In this document: positions 9,713-20,112 of the stretch, in pieces | Layout: each line of letters opens with the position of its first letter | Numbering within the stretch: the stretch's first letter is position 1 | Translations under genes and position numbers: made by a program | Notes under the pieces: model-generated | Database searches by the model: none | Told to the model about the DNA's origin: nothing | Seen by the model: the letters and a program-made list of their open reading frames with translations, nothing else | Assembly (NCBI GenBank): GCA_041691135.1 | Contig: JBEPVF010000005.1 | Coordinates: forward strand, 1-64,000 | Reading direction: 5' to 3' | Origin: Candidatus Peribacteria bacterium | Lineage (GTDB): Bacteria; Patescibacteriota; Gracilibacteria; Peribacterales; Peribacteraceae | Length of the DNA: 64,000 bases

Positions 9713-11143
9713 TCAGGATTTCTGCACTAACCAACGCGGCAACCGATTCTTGAGCAAACCGTTCTTGGCCAAACCCAGACCAACCGTGTTGCGGTGGTAC
9801 ATGAGGACAATATCGCCGGTCAGCGATTGGTCGCAGGTCGTATCTTTTCCATCAAGAAGCTTCTGCAATTGATCATCACGCAGTTCGATCGTCGATCGCG
9901 TTGCCAGATGTCCGCGCAGAGTGGCGATATCGTGGTCAAGACGGATGCGTCCGTCTTTCAAGCGCAATGCGAACGGCAGGCCAAGCGAATAATCCTGCAC
10001 CGGTAACGCGTAATCGGTCACGTCGGCACTCACGAGCATGATTTGTTCACCGCGTTCAAACAGTGATTCGCCATCTTGCATAAGGGACGTGCCATAGATT
10101 TCCTCAAGTTGCTTGGCGACCTCACGTTGGCGCGATCGCGGCAATGGTTGTTCCTGAAAATGCACGCGGTCAAAATGCATTCGCGGACGGGTCGATGCTT
10201 TTTTATAGAACACTGCCGCAAAGAACCCTTCGGTGTCATAGGTTTGCGGCCACAGACGATACGCGGGGAATGTGCGATCAAAGCCCAATTCTTTTTGAAT
10301 GAGCAGGGAATCTTCGACGGCTTGAATCATCTGCGTCCCCAGTGGGTTCAGAACCTCCAGCTGATCGCTGAACTTGGCCAGTATCGACTGCACCACTTCT
10401 TCGTTCTCTTCCGGCGTCAGGGTGCAAGTGGAATAGACAATTCGTCCTCCAACCTTGCAGGCATGCACGGCTGACTCCAGCAATTCACGCTGCAGCTTGG
10501 CCATCTTTCCGACGTTCTCGAGCGAACAATAGGTGAGCGCATCGGAATCCTTGCGTGAAGTCCCTTGCGCAGTACACGGTGCGTCACACAGCACGGCATC
10601 GAAACGCTCGGTCATCTGCTTCGAGAACCATTGGCCGACTTTCTTCGTGACAATCGCATTCGTCACTCCCAAACGATGTAACGCTGTTTTTAGCGTCCAC
10701 AAGCGCTTCTCCTGCACATCATTCGCAATGATCACCCCGGAATTCTTCAGAAGTGATGCGATCTGCGTGGTCTTGCTTCCCGGTGCGGCGCTCATGTCGA
10801 GCACCGTCTGTCCCGGTTGTAATTCAAGGAGTTGAGGCGGCAACATACTCGCCGCTTCCTGCATGTACGTGTGTCCGAGCAAGTGCAGCAGATCTTTGCC
10901 GAGCGCCACTTCGCGATCCACTCTGTCGACAAAAAATCCTTCCGGGCACCACGGGACAGGTTCCAGCATCCATTTCTTTTCCTTGGCCCAATGCAAAAAT
11001 TCGTCGACTGAGCTCTTAAGCGTATTGATGCGCATACTTTTGCGGAGTGACCGAAAACTGAAGTCTTTCAACTTCTCAAGATCCGTCCAGTGCGCGTAGC
11101 GGTCGAAGGGATGGGGTTGCATAGGTGGCTGGTTTTTATGCAA
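9713..11143 (-). CDS. rsmF: 16S rRNA m5C methyltransferase RsmF/NOL1/NOP2 family
   Basis: QEAASM, DMSAAPGSKTTQ, DAPC, YSTCT..PEENE, GFF motifs; start may be ATG 11122. Confidence 0.88.
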   Translation of the reverse strand: MHKNQPPMQPHPFDRYAHWTDLEKLKDFSFRSLRKSMRINTLKSSVDEFLHWAKEKKWMLEPVPWCPEGFFVDRVDREVALGKDLLHLLGHTYMQEAASMLPPQLLELQPGQTVLDMSAAPGSKTTQIASLLKNSGVIIANDVQEKRLWTLKTALHRLGVTNAIVTKKVGQWFSKQMTERFDAVLCDAPCTAQGTSRKDSDALTYCSLENVGKMAKLQRELLESAVHACKVGGRIVYSTCTLTPEENEEVVQSILAKFSDQLEVLNPLGTQMIQAVEDSLLIQKELGFDRTFPAYRLWPQTYDTEGFFAAVFYKKASTRPRMHFDRVHFQEQPLPRSRQREVAKQLEEIYGTSLMQDGESLFERGEQIMLVSADVTDYALPVQDYSLGLPFALRLKDGRIRLDHDIATLRGHLATRSTIELRDDQLQKLLDGKDTTCDQSLTGDIVLMYHRNTVGLGLAKNGLLKNRLPRWLVQKS

Positions 11144-11159
11144 TACTACATTTGCCCGT

Positions 11160-11987
11160 ATGAGAAAAGTAGAGCATTACACCGATGGCGCGTATCGCAT
11201 GGTACGGATAGGAGACGGAAAGCCGAAAACATTCTGGATTGGGGGTATCTTGAGCGCTTCCGAGCATGATTTTGCGACGCTTACCTCATCGTTGCCCGGA
11301 ACACACTTAATTCCAGATAACCCCTATCATCGTGATCCTCGTGATCCCGAACGGCCTGGACCGGCAGGAGCTTCCGTCGAAGAATACCAACATCAACTGC
11401 GGCTCGACTACACACGCATCTGTAACGAATTCGCCGGGCCAAATGATCCGCTGATATTGGCTGCCCACTCGCTTGGCTGTCGTCTTGCTCTCCAAATGAG
11501 CAAAGACACCGACATCCGAAAAAAGCTGTGCGCCGTTCTGTTTTTTGCACCCCCGAACCCTTGTTCATCCGCGCCCGAACCGCAACAGCGGCAAGCATCC
11601 GACACATTCTTCGCTTCCGTTCTCAACTCCCATTGTCCGCGCATGCCGGATGAAATTTTTTATCGGATGGTCAAAGCGCACGAAGGCGAATATGCAGGCA
11701 CCAAGTATTGGAAAAAAATTCTTCAGCAAGAGTGCCCGAGGAATGACACTCGATTGCTCGCGGAAATTATGGACGATGTCCGCGGGATGACCGTGCCTAT
11801 GTTGGCTTTATTCCCGGATAAGGATCCCATCGGCCTGCAGTACGATTTGGACTACGGACCGAATCTCGAGAAAAAAATCATTGAGGGAAGTGGTCATTTT
11901 CCTCATCTGGATGCCACAGATGAGTGCCTTCGACACATTTTAAGTTTTGGCAGGAACGAGTCGTTATATGATGCCGGGCTATGTTAA
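11160..11987 (+). CDS. Alpha/beta hydrolase fold protein
   Basis: AHSLG nucleophile elbow, DKDP acid, SGHFPH catalytic His. Confidence 0.8.
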   Translation: MRKVEHYTDGAYRMVRIGDGKPKTFWIGGILSASEHDFATLTSSLPGTHLIPDNPYHRDPRDPERPGPAGASVEEYQHQLRLDYTRICNEFAGPNDPLILAAHSLGCRLALQMSKDTDIRKKLCAVLFFAPPNPCSSAPEPQQRQASDTFFASVLNSHCPRMPDEIFYRMVKAHEGEYAGTKYWKKILQQECPRNDTRLLAEIMDDVRGMTVPMLALFPDKDPIGLQYDLDYGPNLEKKIIEGSGHFPHLDATDECLRHILSFGRNESLYDAGLC

Positions 11988-12226
11988 AAGGACCTCCTGT
12001 CACGGAAAATATTAAGAAAAATTCTCTGTTCGGACCTTTGGTGGGAAATCAACAACTCAGAACAACCATTCTTGCCTGGGATCTGCTTGATCAACTTAAT
12101 TTGGGTGTGCCGAATCCCCATCTTGAAAAATTGTTTGACGGCAAAACTGCAGTTGTAACCGTGCAAGATGCCTGTAGAAATGCAGCTGTAAATATAATGG
12201 AATACGGATTCAGAATGACACGGTGA
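11981..12226 (+). CDS. Small hypothetical protein
   Basis: 81-aa ATG ORF overlapping the upstream stop and filling the gap to leuS. Confidence 0.4.
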   Translation: MLKGPPVTENIKKNSLFGPLVGNQQLRTTILAWDLLDQLNLGVPNPHLEKLFDGKTAVVTVQDACRNAAVNIMEYGFRMTR

Positions 12227-12235
12227 AAGAAATTT

Positions 12236-14686
12236 TTATACAACGAGACTCACAAGTTTTCCTTTCACATAAATTTCTTTCTTGATGATCGCCCCTTCCA
12301 AGTACTTCTTCACGTTCTCCTGTTCTTTCGCCTGCGTGATGATATCGGCATCCGTCGCATCGGCCGGCACGTCGATCGTGCCGCGCAGTTTGCCGTTGAT
12401 CTGTACCGCAATCGTCAGCGTACTGGCGACGAGCAGCGATTCATCGTAGGACGGCCACGATTGCTCGACGACGAATCCTTGTGATCCCAGCTTTTCCCAC
12501 AATTCTTCGGACAAGTGCGGCGCCAACGGCGTGAGGAGCAGAACAAATGTGCGTGCCGTGGTGCCGGAGATCATTTCTTTCTTTTCAGCCGTGTTCAAAA
12601 ATTCCATCAGTGCACTGATCGCCGTATTGAACTGCAGGCGGTTGATACTGTCGGTGACGCGCTTGATAGTCGCATGCAATGCCGGCTTCAGCTGTTCGTC
12701 ATTCACCTCTTCTTTGACGCGCTCGGTGATGAGCTTCCACACGCGTTGCACGAACCGGTCCACGCCTTTGATACCCGTATCGCTCCAATCGCCGCCATCC
12801 GTGAACGGTCCCATGAACATCAGGAACATGCGGAACACATCAGCACCGTGCAGTTCGACCAGTGGATCGGGACTCACGACGTTACCTTTGCTCTTGCTCA
12901 TCTTGGCGCCTTTGTTGGTGATGAACCCCTGATGCACCAACCGCTTGAACGGTTCATCGCGACTGACGATGCCGGCATCATGGAGCGCCATCATCACAAA
13001 TCGCGCATAGATAAGATGCATCGTCGCGTGCTCCGGCCCACCGATATATATGTCAACCGGCATCCACTTTTTCTCCAACACCGGATCAACCAACTGTTGT
13101 GATTTGGTCTTTGGCTTTTGGGATTTCTTCGGAGTGTTCTCAGCCATCAAATATCGCAAATAGTAGAACGACGAGCAGACAAATGTATCCATCGTATCGA
13201 ACTCCGGGCGCCAGCCTTTGCCGAATATTTTTTCGGTGCGCTCGATAAATTCTTTCGATTGGGTGAGCGGCGACTCCCCTGTCGGTTTGAATTCTACATC
13301 GGTCGGGAGCAACCATGGCAAGTGTTCTTCCGGAATCGGATGCGGATTGCCTTCGGGATCGTACACGATGGGAATCGGCGCACCCCAGTAGCGCTGACGT
13401 GAGACCAGCCAATCACGTAGGCGGTAATGCACGGCGCGGTAGCCGAGCCCTGTCTTCTCGATGTAATCGATGATCGGCTCGCGCGCCTCGGCCCACGTCA
13501 TGCCCTTGAAGGCCGCCGGCAATTGCATGATGCCGTCGGGCTGACGGTAGAAGACCTCGCCTTTTTTGACGAGCTCAGCTTGGTCCGGATCGCTCGGCAG
13601 CAGGACCGGCCTCAGCGGCAGATCATACTTTTTGGCGAATGCGAAGTCGCGCTCATCGTGTGCGCTGCACAGCACGATACCCGTACCGTAATCGGTGACG
13701 ACGAACGATGCGACCCAGATCGGCAGATCGCCCATACCGAACGGATCTTCGACGAAGCGTCCGGTAAAGATGCCTTCCATATCCGTATCAATATCAAACT
13801 TGCCCGCCGCTTTCTTCTTGGCGATTTTGACGGCAAACGCCAGTACTTCTTTTTCGTGCTCAGTCCCCTTCACCAGATCCTTCACCATCGGATGATCCGG
13901 CGCGATGACGGCGAATGTCTGCGCTTTGTGCGTCTGCGGAATCGAATCGTACACTTCGAACTCGATACCAAGATCTTTGATTTTGCATGTAAAGTTCACA
14001 CCTTCAGATCGGCCGATCCAATTGCGCTGCATGATCTTCGTCTTCTCGGGCCAGTCCAAATCTTTCAGACCGTCCAGCAAACGCTGCGCGTAGTCCGTGA
14101 TTTTCCAAAACCATTGTTCTAACGGCTTTTGGATGACCGTCGTTCCGCATCGTTCGCATAAACCTTCCTTTACCTGCTCGTTCGCCAGCACCGTCTGATC
14201 CTTGGGACACCAGTTGACATTCGCTTTCTTTTTGTACGCGAGTCCCTTGGAGTACATCTGCAAAAAGAGCCACTGCGTCCATTGGTAATATTCTGGCGTC
14301 GACGTGTTCACCATTTTGTCCCAGTCGTACATGCAGCCCATTCGCTTCAGTTGTTTGATCATCGTCTGCACATTTTCTTTGATGGATTGATTGGGATGCA
14401 CACCGGTCTTGATGGCATAGTTCTCGGCCGGCAATCCGAACGCGTCGAATCCCATCGACTCGAACACATCTTTGCCGAGCATCTTTTGGTATCGCGCGTA
14501 GCTGTCGGCCGGCGCGAAGTTGTACCAATGTCCCACATGCAATTTGTCGCCGCTCGGATACGGGAACATCGCCATCGCATAGTACGGATCTTTGGCTTTC
14601 TTCAGATCAACTTTATAAACCCCCGCCTCGTCCCATTTCTGCTGCCACTTGGTTTCGATCGCCGTCGGTGAAAAGTCCGATTTCAT
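12236..14686 (-). CDS. leuS: Leucine--tRNA ligase
   Basis: MFPYPSG..HVGH, editing domain, LRDWLVSRQRYWGAPIP, KMSKS. Confidence 0.98.
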   Translation of the reverse strand: MKSDFSPTAIETKWQQKWDEAGVYKVDLKKAKDPYYAMAMFPYPSGDKLHVGHWYNFAPADSYARYQKMLGKDVFESMGFDAFGLPAENYAIKTGVHPNQSIKENVQTMIKQLKRMGCMYDWDKMVNTSTPEYYQWTQWLFLQMYSKGLAYKKKANVNWCPKDQTVLANEQVKEGLCERCGTTVIQKPLEQWFWKITDYAQRLLDGLKDLDWPEKTKIMQRNWIGRSEGVNFTCKIKDLGIEFEVYDSIPQTHKAQTFAVIAPDHPMVKDLVKGTEHEKEVLAFAVKIAKKKAAGKFDIDTDMEGIFTGRFVEDPFGMGDLPIWVASFVVTDYGTGIVLCSAHDERDFAFAKKYDLPLRPVLLPSDPDQAELVKKGEVFYRQPDGIMQLPAAFKGMTWAEAREPIIDYIEKTGLGYRAVHYRLRDWLVSRQRYWGAPIPIVYDPEGNPHPIPEEHLPWLLPTDVEFKPTGESPLTQSKEFIERTEKIFGKGWRPEFDTMDTFVCSSFYYLRYLMAENTPKKSQKPKTKSQQLVDPVLEKKWMPVDIYIGGPEHATMHLIYARFVMMALHDAGIVSRDEPFKRLVHQGFITNKGAKMSKSKGNVVSPDPLVELHGADVFRMFLMFMGPFTDGGDWSDTGIKGVDRFVQRVWKLITERVKEEVNDEQLKPALHATIKRVTDSINRLQFNTAISALMEFLNTAEKKEMISGTTARTFVLLLTPLAPHLSEELWEKLGSQGFVVEQSWPSYDESLLVASTLTIAVQINGKLRGTIDVPADATDADIITQAKEQENVKKYLEGAIIKKEIYVKGKLVSLVV

Positions 14687-14756
14687 GCACAGATCATAGA
14701 CTCTTTACCTTCTGCGCTCCAACAAATTGACATTACGAACTAATCCAGTATTAAAT

Positions 14757-15551
14757 ATGCACTTTCGCATCTTTATGGACGAAGCAGAACAGATAAGACA
14801 GTGGTCGGGTAGGCTCAAACCCATCGAACATTTGTATTTGGAACGGTGGGACATAACGACCCCTTTAAAAGAGGGAGCAGGTACTGCTTGGAATGACCTG
14901 AAAAAAGCTATCGATGAGGTGCCGGTCGACAACATTCGCAAAGGCATGCAGCACGCCTTCTCACATCACCTGCAAACATTGGCGCGAGTTGCTTCCCATG
15001 ACCAACGAGATGCATTGGAAGACAACTTGATGAGACGACGAGCGACTATTAAGGATTTGCAGGAAGTGACTCGTTTTGTAATCGGTCATCTGACAGCATG
15101 CAAACCCCTCAATCGATCTCCTCAAATATTCGTAACCGAAAAGGGTAAAAATGCAGACATGAAAGGCATCGTTGGAGCAGAACGGAATTCACACCCTTTT
15201 GACCCACTCGCCAAAGTATTTTTTCAATTAATTAATCATCCTGATAGAAACTACAAAATGGATGTGATGCGACCAGAAGACTCAAAGGCCCGTCCACGAG
15301 TGGCGGGTTTCACACTAACGGAAGCGATGAGGAAAGATCCGGCAATGTATGAATTCCCCGTACCTGGTTCGCCATTCTTTGTGGAGCGAGACGTTCTAAG
15401 AATCAGTAGTTGGGGCAACTCCGATAGTTTTGATCCACGTGCTCTCGCCATTACTCGTTGCCATGAGTTATTGATGCAAATGGGTGACGGATCATTTGAA
15501 AGACTTGTGGACGGGACCGATGAGGATCACGACAGAGAGCAGAGCAGTTAA
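14757..15551 (+). CDS. Hypothetical protein
   Basis: Long ORF, lower GC than neighbours, TTGACA at 14727; no family recognised; start uncertain. Confidence 0.65.
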   Translation: MHFRIFMDEAEQIRQWSGRLKPIEHLYLERWDITTPLKEGAGTAWNDLKKAIDEVPVDNIRKGMQHAFSHHLQTLARVASHDQRDALEDNLMRRRATIKDLQEVTRFVIGHLTACKPLNRSPQIFVTEKGKNADMKGIVGAERNSHPFDPLAKVFFQLINHPDRNYKMDVMRPEDSKARPRVAGFTLTEAMRKDPAMYEFPVPGSPFFVERDVLRISSWGNSDSFDPRALAITRCHELLMQMGDGSFERLVDGTDEDHDREQSS

Positions 15552-15633
15552 ATAGAGCTCCGCAATGGCTAAAACAGCCTCTATACAAGTAAGAAATTGA
15601 CATTTTTCCCAAAAGAAGTGTTAAAGTTTATAG

Positions 15634-16521
15634 GTGTTAAACGAGATACCCGATAGCCAACAACCGGGAGAACTTTTATCTCATAAACAAGACTTTTTGG
15701 CATTGCGCCAGGATCTTTATAGTGCCTACGGCAACGTTGTCTCACTACAGCATATCGCTTCGAATCCCTCTCATTACTCACCAAATTATATCTACGAACG
15801 AGATCGCTTGGGTGATTTTAAACACATTATGAACAGTACCCTAAAACACCCGAGTAAAATCAACCTGCCTCCTCTGACCAATGATCTGTCTGACATCCTA
15901 GTTCTGGCGAACCAGCCAGTAGAATTTATTGAACAGAGTGAAGATATTCGCAGACAACTTATAAATATTGACCATAATCATATTCCAAAAGACATCATTA
16001 AACTCGAAAGACCTGACGTCAAAAATTTGAAAGTCTTTATTCGTTGGATGATCAGACGAGACATGGGTGATGTATTCGACATTGAGAACTCCACTGAGCA
16101 TCCATGGGTTGCAGATGATTTTTTTAGTACACTCAGACAGCGGAACAACATCGGCATGGTAGCTGAGTACGATCAACGTGTTGTCGGTTTTATGATCTAT
16201 GAGCTACGCAAAAGTTCTTTAAAAATTTTCAATCTTGCAACGCATCCCACCATGCGTCGCTTGACTGTCGGAACACAACTGATTAGCAAACTTATAGGAA
16301 AACTTTCGAGTCATCGTCGGACACATCTCGAGTTTGACGTTCGAGAAACAAATTTGCCCCTTCAGCAGTTCCTACGAGCCAAGAAAAAACAACAACTACC
16401 GGCAGGGCCATTAGATTACTGGGGAGTATTTACGGCAACAGAAGTTATTCGTGAACATTTTGAGGACACCGGTGAAGACGCGTACCGCATGGTGTATTCA
16501 TTAGACGACCAATTGCCTTAG
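15634..16521 (+). CDS. GNAT acetyltransferase (RimI-like C-terminal domain) with an unknown N-terminal extension
   Basis: IRWMIRRDM...VVGFMIYE...HPTMRRLTVG...VRETN...EDAYRM. Confidence 0.8.
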   Translation: MLNEIPDSQQPGELLSHKQDFLALRQDLYSAYGNVVSLQHIASNPSHYSPNYIYERDRLGDFKHIMNSTLKHPSKINLPPLTNDLSDILVLANQPVEFIEQSEDIRRQLINIDHNHIPKDIIKLERPDVKNLKVFIRWMIRRDMGDVFDIENSTEHPWVADDFFSTLRQRNNIGMVAEYDQRVVGFMIYELRKSSLKIFNLATHPTMRRLTVGTQLISKLIGKLSSHRRTHLEFDVRETNLPLQQFLRAKKKQQLPAGPLDYWGVFTATEVIREHFEDTGEDAYRMVYSLDDQLP

Positions 16522-16609
16522 TAAAAAAAGTAGACGTTTTTAAGAGGAGAAATACACCACTTGGCTCTCGTATTAGCCAAAAAAGCATGCTACGCTCCTC
16601 GTCTTCCGC

Positions 16610-17965
16610 ATGAGCAAACTCCCCCTCGTTGCCATCATTGGCCGGCCTAATACAGGTAAATCGACCCTGTTTAACCGATTTATCGGTTCCAGGCGGGCAA
16701 TCATCAGCGATATACCGGGCACGACCCGCGACCATGTAACGAGCAAAGTGGAGCACGACGACCTGGATTACCTGCTCGTCGACACCGGCGGTATGGGCGG
16801 TGGAACGGACGATAAAGACTTTGAAGACGACGTACATGCGCAATCGGTGCTCGCACTGGCTGCCGCCGATGTGATTGTTTTCACCGTCAACAGCCGCGAA
16901 GAACTGACGGCCAGCGATCACGAAGTCGTCACACTGCTGCGCAAGAAACGCAAAAAACACGTGCCCGTCATCTTGGCAGTCACCAAAGCGGACAACGATA
17001 AAATTTTTGAGGAAGCATTGCCGCAGTTCCATGCACTCGGCATCGCCGACGACATCATCGCCGTGAGTGCGCTTAACAATCTCGGAATCGCCGAGTTGGA
17101 AGAGTGCATTATCGATAACTTGCAAAAATTACATTTCAAAAAAGAAGAGGCGATTGCTGCGACAGAAAGTGACGTGCCTCGCATCGCAGTGATCGGCAAA
17201 CCGAACGTGGGCAAGAGCTCACTGGTGAATGCACTGATGTCCGAAACGCAACGCCAGACATCGCCGCGCTTGGTGTCCGATGTGCCAGGTACAACACGCG
17301 ACTCCACTGATACGGTGATCCGCCATAAAGATCGCGAATTTATTTTCGTCGATACGGCTGGTCTCAAGCGGCAGGCAAAAACCGATGAAGGCATCGACAG
17401 CTTCGCGATGCTCAGATCAATACAGGCACTTGAGCAATCGGACGTCGCCATTCTGGTGCTCGATGCATCACAGGCGATCAGCAAACAGGATAAACGCATT
17501 GCGGGCATGGCGGTCGACGCCGGCAAAGGTCTGATCATTCTGATGAACAAGAGCGATCTCATTTCCAAAGAACAGAAAGAAGAACGCGAACGCGACTTGG
17601 CCGCCGAGTTCCCTTTTTGTCGTTTCGCACCGGTTATCTACGGATCAACCAAAACGCGTGACGGTTTGCTCAAGATGTTCGATTTGATGGATATGATCAA
17701 ACGCAATCGCATGCGACGCATTCCGGTAAAGGAACTCCACCGCTGGTTCGATCAAAATGTGAGTGGCATGCCGCTGGGGCCCATTGCGCGCGCCAAGCAT
17801 ATCACGCAAGCCGAAGATATCCCGCCGACCTTTGTATTGTTTGTCTCGAAGCCCAAGCAGGTGGAAGTAAGTCAGTTACGCTTCCTCGACAATCGCATTC
17901 GGCAAACATTCGATTTCCAGGGAAGTCCGATCCGGTGGATTACGAAGGGGCCGCGAGAACGATAA
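16610..17965 (+). CDS. der: Ribosome biogenesis GTPase Der (EngA)
   Basis: Two tandem G domains (GRPNTGKS/GKPNVGKS, GTTRD, DTGG/DTAG) and a KH-like tail. Confidence 0.97.
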   Translation: MSKLPLVAIIGRPNTGKSTLFNRFIGSRRAIISDIPGTTRDHVTSKVEHDDLDYLLVDTGGMGGGTDDKDFEDDVHAQSVLALAAADVIVFTVNSREELTASDHEVVTLLRKKRKKHVPVILAVTKADNDKIFEEALPQFHALGIADDIIAVSALNNLGIAELEECIIDNLQKLHFKKEEAIAATESDVPRIAVIGKPNVGKSSLVNALMSETQRQTSPRLVSDVPGTTRDSTDTVIRHKDREFIFVDTAGLKRQAKTDEGIDSFAMLRSIQALEQSDVAILVLDASQAISKQDKRIAGMAVDAGKGLIILMNKSDLISKEQKEERERDLAAEFPFCRFAPVIYGSTKTRDGLLKMFDLMDMIKRNRMRRIPVKELHRWFDQNVSGMPLGPIARAKHITQAEDIPPTFVLFVSKPKQVEVSQLRFLDNRIRQTFDFQGSPIRWITKGPRER

Positions 17966-18054
17966 ATTAAAATATGAAGAACCAAGATCCAAGAATCAGG
18001 TAACTACGAAATTCGAACTCTGAAAACTAATGTGCATTTTTGAATTTCGAATGC

Positions 18055-18675
18055 TCATCGTTCATGTCTTGGTGCGCCCCGCCTCAAATCTTTCACACGA
18101 CCATCTTCCCGAATCGGAAGCGGATACGCCTTTACTACTATTTCGAGTTTGTCGAGCAACCGCGCCGGATCATCATCAAGCACTAAGTTCTTCGGCATTT
18201 CACGCTGACAGAGTTCAACCACAACATGTTCGATTGAATCGCTGATGCCGCCCGTGTTGGTCAGGATGCCGATGGGACGGCCCTCGTCGTACGCAATAGT
18301 GAATTCATTAAGCGTACCGATGCCGCCGCCGATGATGATGACCGCATCAGCGGAACGAATGTTAATGATGTCACGTTCCATGAATCCCATCCCTGTGTAG
18401 ATGATCATGTCATGCGCATGAGGCGACATATATTCGTTGACGTGCTCGTATTCGGAAAATGCAGGCGACACGCCAATGGTGAACCCGTTGAATTCCTTAG
18501 CGCCCATGAGCGCGTCATTGGGCAGACCGGGACACGCGCCATTGATGAAAATGTATCCGCGGCTGGCGATCTCGTTACCAAGTTTTCGGGCCATTTCGCG
18601 TGCATGCTGATCGACAGTCTGCGGTCCCGACGCCGATCCCATCACGCCGATCTTGAGTTTGTGATGATGTGTCAT
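18055..18675 (-). CDS. LOG/lysine decarboxylase-like family protein (TIGR00725-like)
   Basis: IGVMGSA, GACPGLP, GGGIGTLNE motifs. Confidence 0.85.
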   Translation of the reverse strand: MTHHHKLKIGVMGSASGPQTVDQHAREMARKLGNEIASRGYIFINGACPGLPNDALMGAKEFNGFTIGVSPAFSEYEHVNEYMSPHAHDMIIYTGMGFMERDIINIRSADAVIIIGGGIGTLNEFTIAYDEGRPIGILTNTGGISDSIEHVVVELCQREMPKNLVLDDDPARLLDKLEIVVKAYPLPIREDGRVKDLRRGAPRHER

Positions 18676-19055
18676 AACGACAAGGGAAGCGAAAGTTCCT
18701 GAACGCACGCCCGGCGAAGATCCGGTACAAGATTAGCAGAGACGGCATCGCACGTCCGAAGATTACGCGTGATTTTTGCCAGACAGTATGCCGACCAATC
18801 GTCCACTGACGGACCGTTTTCTATCAGCGGCAACGGACCGAGCGTCTGGCAAACAGAACTGTCGCCGATCATCGTAGCGCGACCGATACTCAGCAGAACG
18901 GACCGTACTTCTTTGAGCGGTTGCGTGATCGTAAAAATCTCAAACGAAAATTGCGTCACCGGCTGCAGGGCGTCCGCCGACACATGCTGCACTCGTGTCG
19001 AGAGCAGACCAACGTAGATGTACACTGCCAGGAAGAGAATGAGGACGTAACGCAT
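18672..19055 (-). CDS. Hypothetical secreted/membrane protein with four Cys
   Basis: N-terminal hydrophobic segment; TGC-TATACT 6 nt upstream of ATG 19055. Confidence 0.65.
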   Translation of the reverse strand: MRYVLILFLAVYIYVGLLSTRVQHVSADALQPVTQFSFEIFTITQPLKEVRSVLLSIGRATMIGDSSVCQTLGPLPLIENGPSVDDWSAYCLAKITRNLRTCDAVSANLVPDLRRACVQELSLPLSL

Positions 19056-19173
19056 CCAATTAGTATAGCAGAAAACGCCCATATTGACCACGACACTAAG
19101 ACCTGTTCTATAGGTTTAAACCCTTATTTTGAGCAAAAATTTAAACTTCATCCGGCAACGAAATCCTTCGCTC

Positions 19174-19908
19174 TTAGTTTGATGTAGCTGTGAACGTCAC
19201 CGTCGCCTTGTATGTATCGGTCGGCACGATCGCTGTGCCATTGATGATCGCCCGGAAACCAATGAGTTCGACATCGCCGGACGGAGAAGTCTCACTGCCA
19301 CGGTTCGCAATGTTGAGTGCCGAGCCGGTGCCGATATTCAGCCACGTGTCGTTCGTGCCATTAGCTCCCCATGTGACGCCGGCACCGCCGGTCGTCGTGC
19401 TCGTCGACGACAGTCGCGCAGCCCAGCGTGCATCGTTCGTAACGTTGGCAGTCGGTGTTTGATTCGTAAATGCTTCAGGTGTGTTGCTCACTGCCGGTTT
19501 GAGCGCCTTGATACGGTTCCCGGCGATATAGCCGTTTAAATGTCCGGTACCCGTTCGTGATCCGGCCGCGCCCGTTCCGGAAAGTATCTGCCATGCCAAC
19601 GTGTAGCCGAGCGTGTTGTTGGTCACAACCGTACATGTCGACGCGTTCGTAGAACAATATCCGTATGCCGCACAGGTATTAAAGCTCGTATCTCCGGTAC
19701 GCGTGATGGTTCCAAGCGACACGGTCGCGGTGCAAGTATTGCTGATAGTGTCTGCAACCGTCACCGAAACGATGGTCGTTGAACTGGATATCGTCGCAGC
19801 CAATGTTCTGAACGGTTCCAAGAGAACAATAGCCACGAGATATAGACAAACAAAGGCACTGATGCCAACTGAAATTGTGCGTCTGTAGCGAATACCAGCG
19901 AATAACAC
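19174..19908 (-). CDS. Thr-rich secreted beta-sandwich surface protein (WxL/pilin-subunit-like C-terminus)
   Basis: Signal-like N-terminus; GYTL..., DTYKATVTFTAT terminal strand. Confidence 0.65.
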   Translation of the reverse strand: MLFAGIRYRRTISVGISAFVCLYLVAIVLLEPFRTLAATISSSTTIVSVTVADTISNTCTATVSLGTITRTGDTSFNTCAAYGYCSTNASTCTVVTNNTLGYTLAWQILSGTGAAGSRTGTGHLNGYIAGNRIKALKPAVSNTPEAFTNQTPTANVTNDARWAARLSSTSTTTGGAGVTWGANGTNDTWLNIGTGSALNIANRGSETSPSGDVELIGFRAIINGTAIVPTDTYKATVTFTATSN

Positions 19909-20112
19909 TCAATAATGGGGGTACAGAACGAGCTTTCCTTATATTACAGCATATTCTTTGATTTGAGTCATTTATATCTTTACACTCCTGACTCACGTTA
20001 TATTTCATGATTTCAACTCTCTTTTATTTGTTCGCAGTAAGAAAGACGTCTGATCAGTTTCCCATAGTCTAAAAAGGCCTTCATTTGCTCTCTATAGTTC
20101 AGGAATACGACT

